Part shown: positions 53,976 through 62,269 of the stretch, piece after piece | Layout of the letters: each line of letters opens with the position of its first letter | How positions within the stretch are numbered: the first letter of the stretch is position 1 | Source: an uncultured virus (IMG/VR IMGVR_UViG_3300044946_000014) | Lineage: Duplodnaviria > Heunggongvirae > Uroviricota > Caudoviricetes | Virus record (IMG/VR): IMGVR_UViG_3300044946_000014 | Direction: 5' to 3' (one strand) | Length of the DNA: 64,000 nucleotides | Position numbers and translations under genes: made by a program | The notes under the pieces: model-generated | What the model saw: only the letters and a program-made list of their open reading frames with translations | Databases searched by the model: none | Told to the model about the DNA's origin: nothing

Positions 53976-54077
53976 ATGCGCATTGATCTCGATCTCTATC
54001 GCGAACTGCGAGCCGAGGGATGGGCCGCCCAAGCAGCGATCTTTTATGCGCGTCGCGCCGGCCGTTGGCTTGCCTGA
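53976..54077 (+). CDS. 33-aa peptide MRIDLDLYRELRAEGW...
   Basis: AGGAG RBS within repeated junction motif. Confidence 0.55.
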   Translation: MRIDLDLYRELRAEGWAAQAAIFYARRAGRWLA

Positions 54078-54104
54078 CCAACCGCGCCTGCTAGGAGAAA
54101 GACC

Positions 54105-54311
54105 ATGGCACACCAAACGATGAGTGGGCGCTCTGCGCAGGCTCAAATCGACCTCGCGACTGAACGCTATTCCCATCTGCTGATGGAGGACGAGTGGACG
54201 CTCGAATATGCACATCAAGTCCTAGCGCATATCGACGCGCACCACATCGATCTATTTGAGGTGGCCGGACTTGCGAAAGCGATCGCGTGCTTTCAATGCG
54301 CCGCTGACTGA
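54105..54311 (+). CDS. hypothetical protein
   Basis: AGGAG RBS within repeated junction motif. Confidence 0.55.
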   Translation: MAHQTMSGRSAQAQIDLATERYSHLLMEDEWTLEYAHQVLAHIDAHHIDLFEVAGLAKAIACFQCAAD

Positions 54312-54339
54312 CCAACCGCGCCCGCTACGGCGGGAAAAA

Positions 54340-54410
54340 GATCGAAACGCCTAGAGGAAGCGGCAACACACGGCTAGGTGTCTACGCGTGATGCGCGTAC
54401 TGACGAGATC
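54340..54410 (+). ncRNA. hammerhead ribozyme, type II topology
   Basis: GATC-GAAA-[CGCCTAG..CTAGGTG]-TC-[TACGCG-TGATG-CGCGTA]-CTGACGA-GATC; all core nucleotides present. Confidence 0.85.
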
Positions 54411-54477
54411 GTAATAGCGCCAACGGGCGCGCCGTTCTGGTGACAGCGGGCGGGTTCTTTAAAAATCGACGGTTTTG

Positions 54478-55492
54478 ATCCGGGACGCGCAAGCGAGCAA
54501 CCGGGCGTTGTGCTCATGGTGCACACGAGATAGCGCTAGGACAGGCAACCATTTCCCGAAAGGGACACCGAACAAAGCAACCGCTGGTGTAGAAAGCGGA
54601 GCGCCCGCGATAGTCGCGTGACCAGGTGAGTCATGATGGCGTCACGGAAGGCGTGCGGCCCGGGAATACAGACCGGCGCCGCACGTAAAGCAGTTCTTCT
54701 GAGAAGGCCGCTGAACTCCCTACGCGGCCGAGTAATCGCGAAACCGATCCACCTTAATGCCCAGCCCCTCGTGGCGGGTTGGTGCAGTAGATTAGCCGAA
54801 GGCCGCTGTATAGCAACAGCGCCTTCTCAGAAGGATTGCGGTAGAGCAGCGTGTGCATCCACACCGCGAAAGCGGGTTGCATGAACGGGAGAAGGTGGAT
54901 AGGCCCGTTTCTCCAGGCTGGCACGGAGACTTTGTCGGAACGGCGTACCGCAAGAAGCCAGTTAGCTCCGCCCGATTGACCGCCGTAAGCGGTCGCCCGG
55001 TAAGCGCATTCGTTGAGTGTGCTTACCGGGACTGGATGACTTTGCGGAGGTTCAAGACGGTCCCCATAAATGTCCACGAATCTCCAAAGTTGGCGACTCA
55101 ATAGCCTGGCAGCCCGGAAAGACGGCCCTCAGCAGTGCTGAGGCGAGACGATTGCCGCGGAAGCGGTGCAGGCACTGTCCGGGAGCCAGCCTTAAGAACA
55201 ATCGTCTCGACCTGAGCATTGCAAGCAGCTTGAGTGGATGGTGCTATGCGGCTCCTAGCGAGCTGGTGACGTGCGCTGGCAGACATGGAAACGGCGATGC
55301 TTAGGCATTTAGGTCCGCCCATAGCCGATCGGAAACACAGGCCGATCCATAGCGTCATCCACTGAAGCTGTTTCAAGGCACCCCACCCAAGCAACCCGCA
55401 GACATTGACGATTGGGCCTCGTCAACCATACCCCATGCTTAGGGATGAGACTCCAAAACCGCTGCCTGATGCGGAATCTGCCGGTTGCTTGG
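54478..55492 (+). ncRNA. array of structured non-coding RNA units
   Basis: no credible ORF; multiple 15-26 bp closing stems and GNRA hairpins. Confidence 0.6.
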
Positions 55493-55529
55493 CTGGACTG
55501 CTTTTTCTGTCACTAATTTAGGACTCCAT

Positions 55530-55637
55530 ATGCTTTGGGGAATTGTTGTGACACTCATCGCTGCGTTTGCTCTGTTCTTGTGGGCACTTCGCAGCGGCTT
55601 CAAGATCATCGAGAGAGATGATCATCATCGGCATTAA
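55530..55637 (+). CDS. 35-aa membrane peptide
   Basis: AGGA RBS; MLWGIVVTLIAAFALFLWALRSGF... Confidence 0.5.
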   Translation: MLWGIVVTLIAAFALFLWALRSGFKIIERDDHHRH

Positions 55638-55649
55638 CTAGGAGCAATC

Positions 55650-56012
55650 ATGCAGATTCAGCTTCCCCCGCTCACTGACGGCGAGATTTATCTCTGCGGC
55701 TTCGTCGACAAGAATGGCGACGTCACTCACACGATCCTGCTGCCGGGTGACAACGATCCTGCGACATGGCAGGAACAGATGAACTGGGCCAAGAGCATCG
55801 GTGGTGATTTGCCGACGCGCGCCGAGCTCGTGATCGCCTACGAACAGCATCGCGACCTGTTCGAGAAGGCTGCGTACTGGTCCAACACGCCGGACGACGC
55901 CCCCGACTATGCCGGCTGGGCTTGGTGTCAGGGCTTCGGCCACGGTAGCCAGAACTGTGACGGCCGCTACTTTCAGTTCCGTGCCCGGGCCGTTCGCAGA
56001 TTGTCGATTTAA
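55650..56012 (+). CDS. DGR target protein 1 (DUF1566/C-type-lectin-like fold) with C-terminal VR
   Basis: LPTRAEL, YWS, WAW.Q.F..G.Q......FRARAVRR; VR 55912-55999. Confidence 0.88.
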   Translation: MQIQLPPLTDGEIYLCGFVDKNGDVTHTILLPGDNDPATWQEQMNWAKSIGGDLPTRAELVIAYEQHRDLFEKAAYWSNTPDDAPDYAGWAWCQGFGHGSQNCDGRYFQFRARAVRRLSI

Positions 56013-56041
56013 CCCTTCATCCATTTTCAACGGAGAAAGCA

Positions 56042-56506
56042 ATGACGATGACGCTTGAAGCAATCGAAGCCGAGCACGTGCGCATCGGCGCGATGATCGA
56101 AGAATTCAAGAAGCAGCCGAGAGCAACCGAGTACCATGTCGACGCCGTCACCATCCCGCTCGCGGCAGGTGAGCGCATCGCCGGCCAGATTCTTCTCGAA
56201 GACGGATCGTTGAGCCACTACCTGATTCTCCTGCCGGGGGAGGCCGAAGATCTGGATTGGGAGGCGGCGAAGGCATGGGCCGCCGAACGTGGCGGCGAAC
56301 TGCCGACGCGACGGGAGCAATCGCTTCTGTTCGCCAATCTGAAGCCTGAGTTCGAGCCGACTTGGTACTGGTCCGGCGAACGTCACGAATCGAACTCCGG
56401 CTGGGCTTGGTTTCAGTACTTCACCAGCGGTACCCAGTACTCTACCGGCCACGACAATCAGTTCCGTGCCCGGGCCGTTCGCAGGTTCATTCCTTCAATT
56501 TTTTAG
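56042..56506 (+). CDS. DGR target protein 2 (DUF1566/C-type-lectin-like fold) with C-terminal VR
   Basis: LPTRREQ, WYWS, WAW.Q.F..G.Q......FRARAVRR; VR 56397-56484. Confidence 0.88.
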   Translation: MTMTLEAIEAEHVRIGAMIEEFKKQPRATEYHVDAVTIPLAAGERIAGQILLEDGSLSHYLILLPGEAEDLDWEAAKAWAAERGGELPTRREQSLLFANLKPEFEPTWYWSGERHESNSGWAWFQYFTSGTQYSTGHDNQFRARAVRRFIPSIF

Positions 56507-56518
56507 TCATTCATCCCC

Positions 56519-56728
56519 ATGGCGCTTCATACCGAGCTCGACATATATCGAGATGCGTGTGACTTGTTTGCCGCGATCGCGAATGCCGTCGCGAACATGC
56601 GAAAGGACTTCAAGCCATTGATCGGTCAGGAGCTTTTGAGAGAAAGCACGCGAATCACGATCTACATCTTCCGCGCGAATGCGGCCACCGACAAGGCGCC
56701 GCATCTGATGAAGAGCGCACATCCATGA
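56519..56728 (+). pseudogene. avd: truncated Avd (four-helix bundle DGR accessory protein)
   Basis: LHTELDIYRDACDL...KDFKPLIGQEL....IFRAN resembles Avd helices 1-2; ends at 69 aa. Confidence 0.75.
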
Positions 56729-57324
56729 ATCCAAACGGCAACATCAAACACGGTCATCACGGATCGCGAACGTACCAGCGTTGGAAGTCCATGCGCCAGC
56801 GCACCAATCCGGGCCGGAGCGCGCATCACGCGAAGTATTACGACGGAGTGACATGCTGTGAACGGTGGGCAGATTTCGAAGCATTCCTCGCTGATATGGG
56901 CGAATGTCCCGCCGAGCATACACTTGATCGTTTCCCGAATGCGAATGGTAATTATGAACCGGGAAACTGCCGCTGGGCGACGATGGCCGAGCAGAACGCC
57001 AATCGCTCTAACTGCCACATGATCACACGCGATGGCGTGACGAAAACAGCAACGGAATGGGCGAAAGCACTTGGATTGCGACCAGTCACAGTCATCGCCC
57101 GTTTGCAGCGCGGCTGGGATCATGAGCGTGTACTGTCTGAGGCACCGGGAACGACTGGTGGCTGCTCATATCCAGAGATTGATCTGACATTTCGCGGACA
57201 GACCAAACCTCTCGTTGCATGGGCGCGCGAGATTGGAATGACGCCCAATGCATTTCGAATGAGATTGCGGCTCGGCTGGTCAGTCGAGCGCGCACTCACG
57301 CAACCACTTAAGGCGCGCGGCTAA
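56725..57324 (+). CDS. HNH-like endonuclease with duplicated C-terminal HTH
   Basis: W.SMRQR, CERW..FEAFLADMG, TLDR...NGNYEPGNCRWAT..EQ.ANR; two G.TK....WA..LG....RL..GW..ER.L repeats. Confidence 0.85.
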   Translation: MNPNGNIKHGHHGSRTYQRWKSMRQRTNPGRSAHHAKYYDGVTCCERWADFEAFLADMGECPAEHTLDRFPNANGNYEPGNCRWATMAEQNANRSNCHMITRDGVTKTATEWAKALGLRPVTVIARLQRGWDHERVLSEAPGTTGGCSYPEIDLTFRGQTKPLVAWAREIGMTPNAFRMRLRLGWSVERALTQPLKARG

Positions 57325-57448
57325 GGGAGTTCGACATATTTCCTACGCGCATATCTGCCAAATATTACTGGAGGAAATGCCGTGGAAGTCTTTCTGATTC
57401 TGCTCATTTGGATACTCGTGCTTCTCGCGCTTCTTATGGGCCGGTGAC

Positions 57449-57739
57449 ATGAGCACTCTATCCGAAACAATGCGCGGCGTTGAGTATCGGGACGCGCGCA
57501 TGCAAGCGCAGGCCGAACGCGATTCGCAGCGTTTCGACGCCGGCCACGAGCTTGGCATGGCCGAGGCCGAACACGAGATTGCTGGCTTTGCGAAGAAGTT
57601 CAAGTTTGATCCGAACGAGCCAATGGATGCCCGCTGCCGTCGTTTCGTGGCCGAGTTCATCGATAGCTGCGATTGCTGCTATGACGAACTGGCGAAGGCA
57701 GTTGCTGAGGCGACGGGAGTGTTTAACGGAGAGGTGTGA
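57449..57739 (+). CDS. hypothetical protein
   Basis: ORF in pL operon. Confidence 0.5.
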   Translation: MSTLSETMRGVEYRDARMQAQAERDSQRFDAGHELGMAEAEHEIAGFAKKFKFDPNEPMDARCRRFVAEFIDSCDCCYDELAKAVAEATGVFNGEV

Positions 57740-57740
57740 G

Positions 57741-58163
57741 ATGGCACAGATCGGGCACGAAGAAGGTGAACAATGCGGCCGCGACGGTTGCGATGGGCGC
57801 ATTGAATACACGAAGCCGGAAAACTGCTCTTGCCACATTTCGGCGCCATGCAGCGCGTGCACCAATACCTACCTGCATTGCCCCAATTGTGGATGGGAGG
57901 CGCAAGAGCAACTGTTCAACGATTACATCGTGACGGTCAACACGAAGAGCCATGTGTACGAAGCATGGCGTCCTCGGCCGCTCGATCCGACGAAGGTCGA
58001 CTGGCACAGCAAATCGCATTCGTCGTGCTCAATGATTAAGGAAGGCGTCTATCCAGACGGCGCAACGCGCGATGACGTGCGCAAGATTGTCGACGGAACG
58101 TTCGGCGGTCACTTCGAATATTTTGGTGGCGGAAAGTTCAAATTCATAGCGTACACGGATTGA
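57741..58163 (+). CDS. Cys-rich hypothetical protein
   Basis: GAGG RBS; CGRDGC, CSCHISAPCSAC, CPNCG. Confidence 0.6.
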   Translation: MAQIGHEEGEQCGRDGCDGRIEYTKPENCSCHISAPCSACTNTYLHCPNCGWEAQEQLFNDYIVTVNTKSHVYEAWRPRPLDPTKVDWHSKSHSSCSMIKEGVYPDGATRDDVRKIVDGTFGGHFEYFGGGKFKFIAYTD

Positions 58164-58171
58164 GGTGAATC

Positions 58172-58381
58172 ATGGACTGGAACCGAGGCGATCTCGAATT
58201 GAACGACGGGATGCTTTACTCGAACGGTCGATTTCTCGGCACGTTCTCTTGCTGGGCCGCCGGCAAGGAAGCAATCGGGATCATGAAAGAAGGGCGGCAG
58301 GTTTGCACTGCTCGCGATACACACACGATGTCAGAGGAAGACATCGATCTGATGCTGGCCATTAATTATGACGAGAGGTGA
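58172..58381 (+). CDS. hypothetical protein
   Basis: GAGGTGAATCATG start context. Confidence 0.55.
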   Translation: MDWNRGDLELNDGMLYSNGRFLGTFSCWAAGKEAIGIMKEGRQVCTARDTHTMSEEDIDLMLAINYDER

Positions 58382-58384
58382 ATC

Positions 58385-58666
58385 ATGGCACTCACTCCCG
58401 AAAAGCGCAAAGCTTTGAAACTGGCACGCAGAATAATAGAAGATAATAAATCTTATTTTATTTGCATTGCTCTTGATAATGTGGAATCAGATTATCCTGG
58501 TCTGACGCAGGCATGCTTTAGCCTCAGAAGTTACATAGCAAAAAAACTCGGATCACATCATACGCTTGATTCGTGGTCAAAGTCGAAGGCTAGACGCGGG
58601 TCGATTACGGTAAAACAGGGGCGCGCATTACGTTTGGCATGGATCGACTGGATGCTCGGAGACTAA
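58385..58666 (+). CDS. hypothetical protein
   Basis: same GAGGTGAATCATG start context; AT-richer; ends RLAWIDWML. Confidence 0.55.
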   Translation: MALTPEKRKALKLARRIIEDNKSYFICIALDNVESDYPGLTQACFSLRSYIAKKLGSHHTLDSWSKSKARRGSITVKQGRALRLAWIDWMLGD

Positions 58667-58849
58667 CGTGCGCCCCACCAAAGCCCTACATCGCGCGGCG
58701 ACTGCGAGTCTGGACGGCCATTTGCGTTTCTTAGTAACGATTCGCGGCGTCACGCAAGTAATGACGCTTCCCGAACTCGCCTGCTGCAACGAAGCCCGCG
58801 TGCAATGTGCTTTGTTCTGCGGGCATGTTGTTAATCCGAGGGGGTGAGA

Positions 58850-59605
58850 ATGAGCAAAGACAAGAGTATTGAAGTTATGACGGGTGAGCATCGCAATCGG
58901 ATTATTCGCCTACATAACGCACTGGAAGGCGCAGAAAATATTGGCGAAGCAATGGCGGGACGCTATGCCGAATCACTGCGTGTCCTGCTCGATGCATGTT
59001 CAGTCGAGCAGCACGAAGCAGCGCCGACTGGATACTGCGAGCGTGCTGGCGGTTGCGTGTGCGGCGGCGACTTGCCGCGAGTCCGCGAAGGTTGTTCAGA
59101 GTGGGTGTCGACTAAACCGCAGCACGAAGCCGCGCGGTCTGAGAAGCGATATAACGGCAGGACAGCGGCAGATTTGCGAGAAATATGTTCAACGCGTCCT
59201 GCGCGCTACCCTGCCGCTCATCATGACTTTGACAAAACCATCCTTGCGTTGCTGGATGACATCGAGCAACCCACACCATCCGCCCCGCTCGAAGGCACGG
59301 GCAATGGGGCGGAGACGTGCAAGACGTGCGGCGGTTCGCGCGTGGTGAACGACGGCGAAATCACGGGCTCTGGCGGCGTCGAATTCGAGAATGGCCCGAT
59401 CAGATGCGTCAAGGACTGTCCGGATTGCACATACCGCGCCCCTCGCACTGAGGTGGCGGGAGCGGTGCCGAGCACCGATCAAATTCACGCGATTGGTGCG
59501 CTTGTGTCGCTTGGCGAAGCAATGGGACACGAAATTATCACCAAGCACGCACGCGATTTTTTGGCTGCTTGCGCGAGAGATAAAAATGGACATCAGCAAA
59601 CTTAG
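58850..59605 (+). CDS. mosaic phage early protein
   Basis: QHEAA linkers separating Cys-rich segments. Confidence 0.55.
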   Translation: MSKDKSIEVMTGEHRNRIIRLHNALEGAENIGEAMAGRYAESLRVLLDACSVEQHEAAPTGYCERAGGCVCGGDLPRVREGCSEWVSTKPQHEAARSEKRYNGRTAADLREICSTRPARYPAAHHDFDKTILALLDDIEQPTPSAPLEGTGNGAETCKTCGGSRVVNDGEITGSGGVEFENGPIRCVKDCPDCTYRAPRTEVAGAVPSTDQIHAIGALVSLGEAMGHEIITKHARDFLAACARDKNGHQQT

Positions 59606-59908
59606 ACGGGCCTATGAAATCGCTCGCAACGCTGGCGATAAACAGGCCATGGATTTGATCGCCCAGGCCATCAGCTACGCCGTCTCCGGCTATGTCGAAT
59701 ACGCGGAACCGGTCTACAACAAGTATGTGAAGGAGGTGCCATGAAAGAGGAAAGCCATGAGGAAATTTTCGCTCGTCTCGACAAGGCGCGCGCAATCATG
59801 ACCGATTTCAGAGACTGGATTCGCGGCGAGCAACGCAAGCGCGACGATGCGGCGTTCAGGGCATTCATGGCGAAGATCCAGACGCCGGTCAAATAACATG
59901 GTGCTTAG

Positions 59909-60049
59909 GGCTTTGTAGGGATGGGAATGCGCGGGCTGACGCGCGTAAGTCAGGAGAACGCTTCGTTCGCTTCCTGCCCCGTCTTAAAGGTGACGGTCGA
60001 GCGAGTACGAAATGCCGGAGATCAGCACCGGCCCCATCCCCACAAAGCC
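59909..60049 (+). ncRNA. tRNA-shaped structured RNA candidate
   Basis: long closing stem, D-arm-like GCGCG-GGCTGA-CGCGC, T-arm-like GCCGG-AGATCAGCA-CCGGC. Confidence 0.55.
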
Positions 60050-60074
60050 GTGAGGACTACTACTGGAGAACGCC

Positions 60075-60365
60075 ATGGCAACAATGAGCAAACTGAAACC
60101 TGGCGATGTGCTCTATGACGTGCATCGAACGAAGATGGGCAATACGACGGCGAGCACGATGGGATGTTGGATCGTGCGCGTTATCGAAGTGCACGGGACA
60201 TACATCATCGCCTCATGGAATGGTAATCCACCGCGTCGCATGTTTGAGCACAGCATCAAGAAGCTTCGCGTCAACAAGCCAGTATTCGTCAAATCCGGTT
60301 TCGGTAAGCGTCTCGCAACTTGCGACGAAATAAAGGCCATGAAAGCCGAAAAGGAAGGGCCATGA
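60075..60365 (+). CDS. hypothetical protein
   Basis: GGAG RBS; KLKPGDVLYDV...KMGNT...ASWNGN. Confidence 0.6.
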   Translation: MATMSKLKPGDVLYDVHRTKMGNTTASTMGCWIVRVIEVHGTYIIASWNGNPPRRMFEHSIKKLRVNKPVFVKSGFGKRLATCDEIKAMKAEKEGP

Positions 60366-61332
60366 ACGGATTCTGGGTTCGCTTCTACGCCGCGCTCGTC
60401 GCAAACCTGATCGTCGGATCGTTCTGCGCGTACCAGGCGATTCGATACGTTGAACTGTACGCGCTGGGGCAGTGATGGACAGAGAAGCGTGGAACAGCCG
60501 CCAGATGACGACGCGCGTGCTGGATCGGTGCGACGAATGCGGGAACCTGAAGGACGACGTGAAGACGCGTGAATATTTCACAGGCTATGCCTTGGGCCGT
60601 CGATGCGACGCAAAGATAACGAGTTGCACTGCTTGTTTCGAACTCGTGAAGCAGAAGCAGGCGGCTGAGTATTCGTGACTTGGATGCTAGGAGAGCGAGA
60701 TGATTGCAAAGAATACCGATATCAAAAACTGGGACACGGGTCTGAGCGATGCTGAACGTCGCGACGCTCTCTACGAGTTCCAACGATTCAAGCAGATCGA
60801 GGCGCTCGGGACGCGGTATCTGGCGCATCGCGACAATGCGCCGAAGCGCGGTTCCTATAATCCGCGGACGGGAGCGCCGGCATGAAAAAGCTTGATCGCT
60901 GGGCGGCAAAGCATCGGATTCTGGTGTCCGCCATCGCCACTGCGATCGTGTTCGGCTGCTTGTATGCGGCCAACCAGATCGATCGGGCTAACACTGCCGA
61001 GATTCGTATGCAGATGATGGCGTCGAGGAATTGGACATGAACATCGCAACCATGAACCGGCGAGAACTTCTGGCGCAAATCAACCAAGCATCGAACGCTC
61101 GTAGACGCTACGAACTCGCAGACGGCAACCGCTGGCACGACGAGAAGCATGCGAGGGAAGCAGTTGGGGCGGAACTGGATGCGCTGGTGGCCGAGTGGCA
61201 TCGGCGCAACCTCGAATAGGTGTCGCATGACTGACGACGACGATTCATTCTGGCAGGCGCAGCAAGAACAGGAACAGCAGGAGCAAGAGGCCGCTGAGGC
61301 GCTGTATTGCTTCGAACATTTGGGAGCGAAAA

Positions 61333-62262
61333 ATGCAAATCCGCAAAGCACAACGGAAAAAATCGAAACTGAGGCTCGGAATCGCCGCGCCGAGCGGCGC
61401 GGGCAAGACGTTCTCCGCTCTGCTTTTGGCCTTCGGGATCGGCGGGAAGGTGGGCGTGATTGACACTGAACATGGGTCGGCAGATCTGTACGAAGACCTT
61501 GGCGAATTCGATGTGATCAACATCGAGGCCCCGTACACGATTCAAAAGTACCGCGACGCCATCAGCATGTTCGAGAAGGCCGAATACGACATCATCATCA
61601 TTGATAGCCTGTCTCATGGGTGGGCTGGCGACGGCGGTCTGCTAGACAAACAGGGCAAGCTCGCCGACCGCGGCACGAATAGCTTCGCAGCCTGGCGCAC
61701 GATCACACCCGAGCACAACGGGCTTGTGGAAGCCATGCTGACGAGCCCGTGCCACATCATCGCCACCATGCGCGCCAAACAGGAATACGTGCTGGAAACG
61801 AACGAGCGCGGCAAGCAGACGCCGAAGAAGGTTGGTCTTGCTCCGGTGCAGCGCGAGGGCATGGAATACGAATTCACGGTGATGCTGGATATCGATATGA
61901 ACCATATTGCTAGCACCAGCAAAGACCGCACGCGGCTTTTCGACGGACAACTGTTCAAGATTGACCGCGCGCACGGCGAATCACTCCGCAACTGGCTGGA
62001 AAACGGCGTAGATCAAGTGCAAAAAGTTTCGGCAACGGAGCGCGACGAAATGCTTGATCTGATGTCGGCGGCAGGACTGTCGGCGCAGCGGTTCTGCGAA
62101 AAATTCGAGATCGCAAGCGCCGCAGACTTGCCACGCGACAAGCTGGGCGAGGCGAAAGAGGCAATCGAATCTTTCCGCGCCGCACGCGATGCGGCTCGGG
62201 CTGCAAAGACGGCTATCCAACAAGATCAGCAACAAGACCAATTCGAAGACATCCCGCACTGA
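61333..62262 (+). CDS. Sak4-like AAA ATPase (single-strand annealing recombinase)
   Basis: APSGAGKT Walker A, IDTE, IIDSLSH Walker B, EYEF, SKDRT. Confidence 0.88.
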   Translation: MQIRKAQRKKSKLRLGIAAPSGAGKTFSALLLAFGIGGKVGVIDTEHGSADLYEDLGEFDVINIEAPYTIQKYRDAISMFEKAEYDIIIIDSLSHGWAGDGGLLDKQGKLADRGTNSFAAWRTITPEHNGLVEAMLTSPCHIIATMRAKQEYVLETNERGKQTPKKVGLAPVQREGMEYEFTVMLDIDMNHIASTSKDRTRLFDGQLFKIDRAHGESLRNWLENGVDQVQKVSATERDEMLDLMSAAGLSAQRFCEKFEIASAADLPRDKLGEAKEAIESFRAARDAARAAKTAIQQDQQQDQFEDIPH

Positions 62263-62269
62263 GGAATTC

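Noticed and set aside
54714..54816. Twister, pistol or HDV-like ribozyme in the cassette payload
   Set aside because: The required conserved cores could not be matched by eye; cmscan would be needed.
54311..55530. CRISPR or TIGR-type array, or DGR template repeat, in the long non-coding region
   Set aside because: No regularly spaced direct repeats, no Cas or Nop-domain gene, and no similarity to the VRs; the units share architecture, not sequence.
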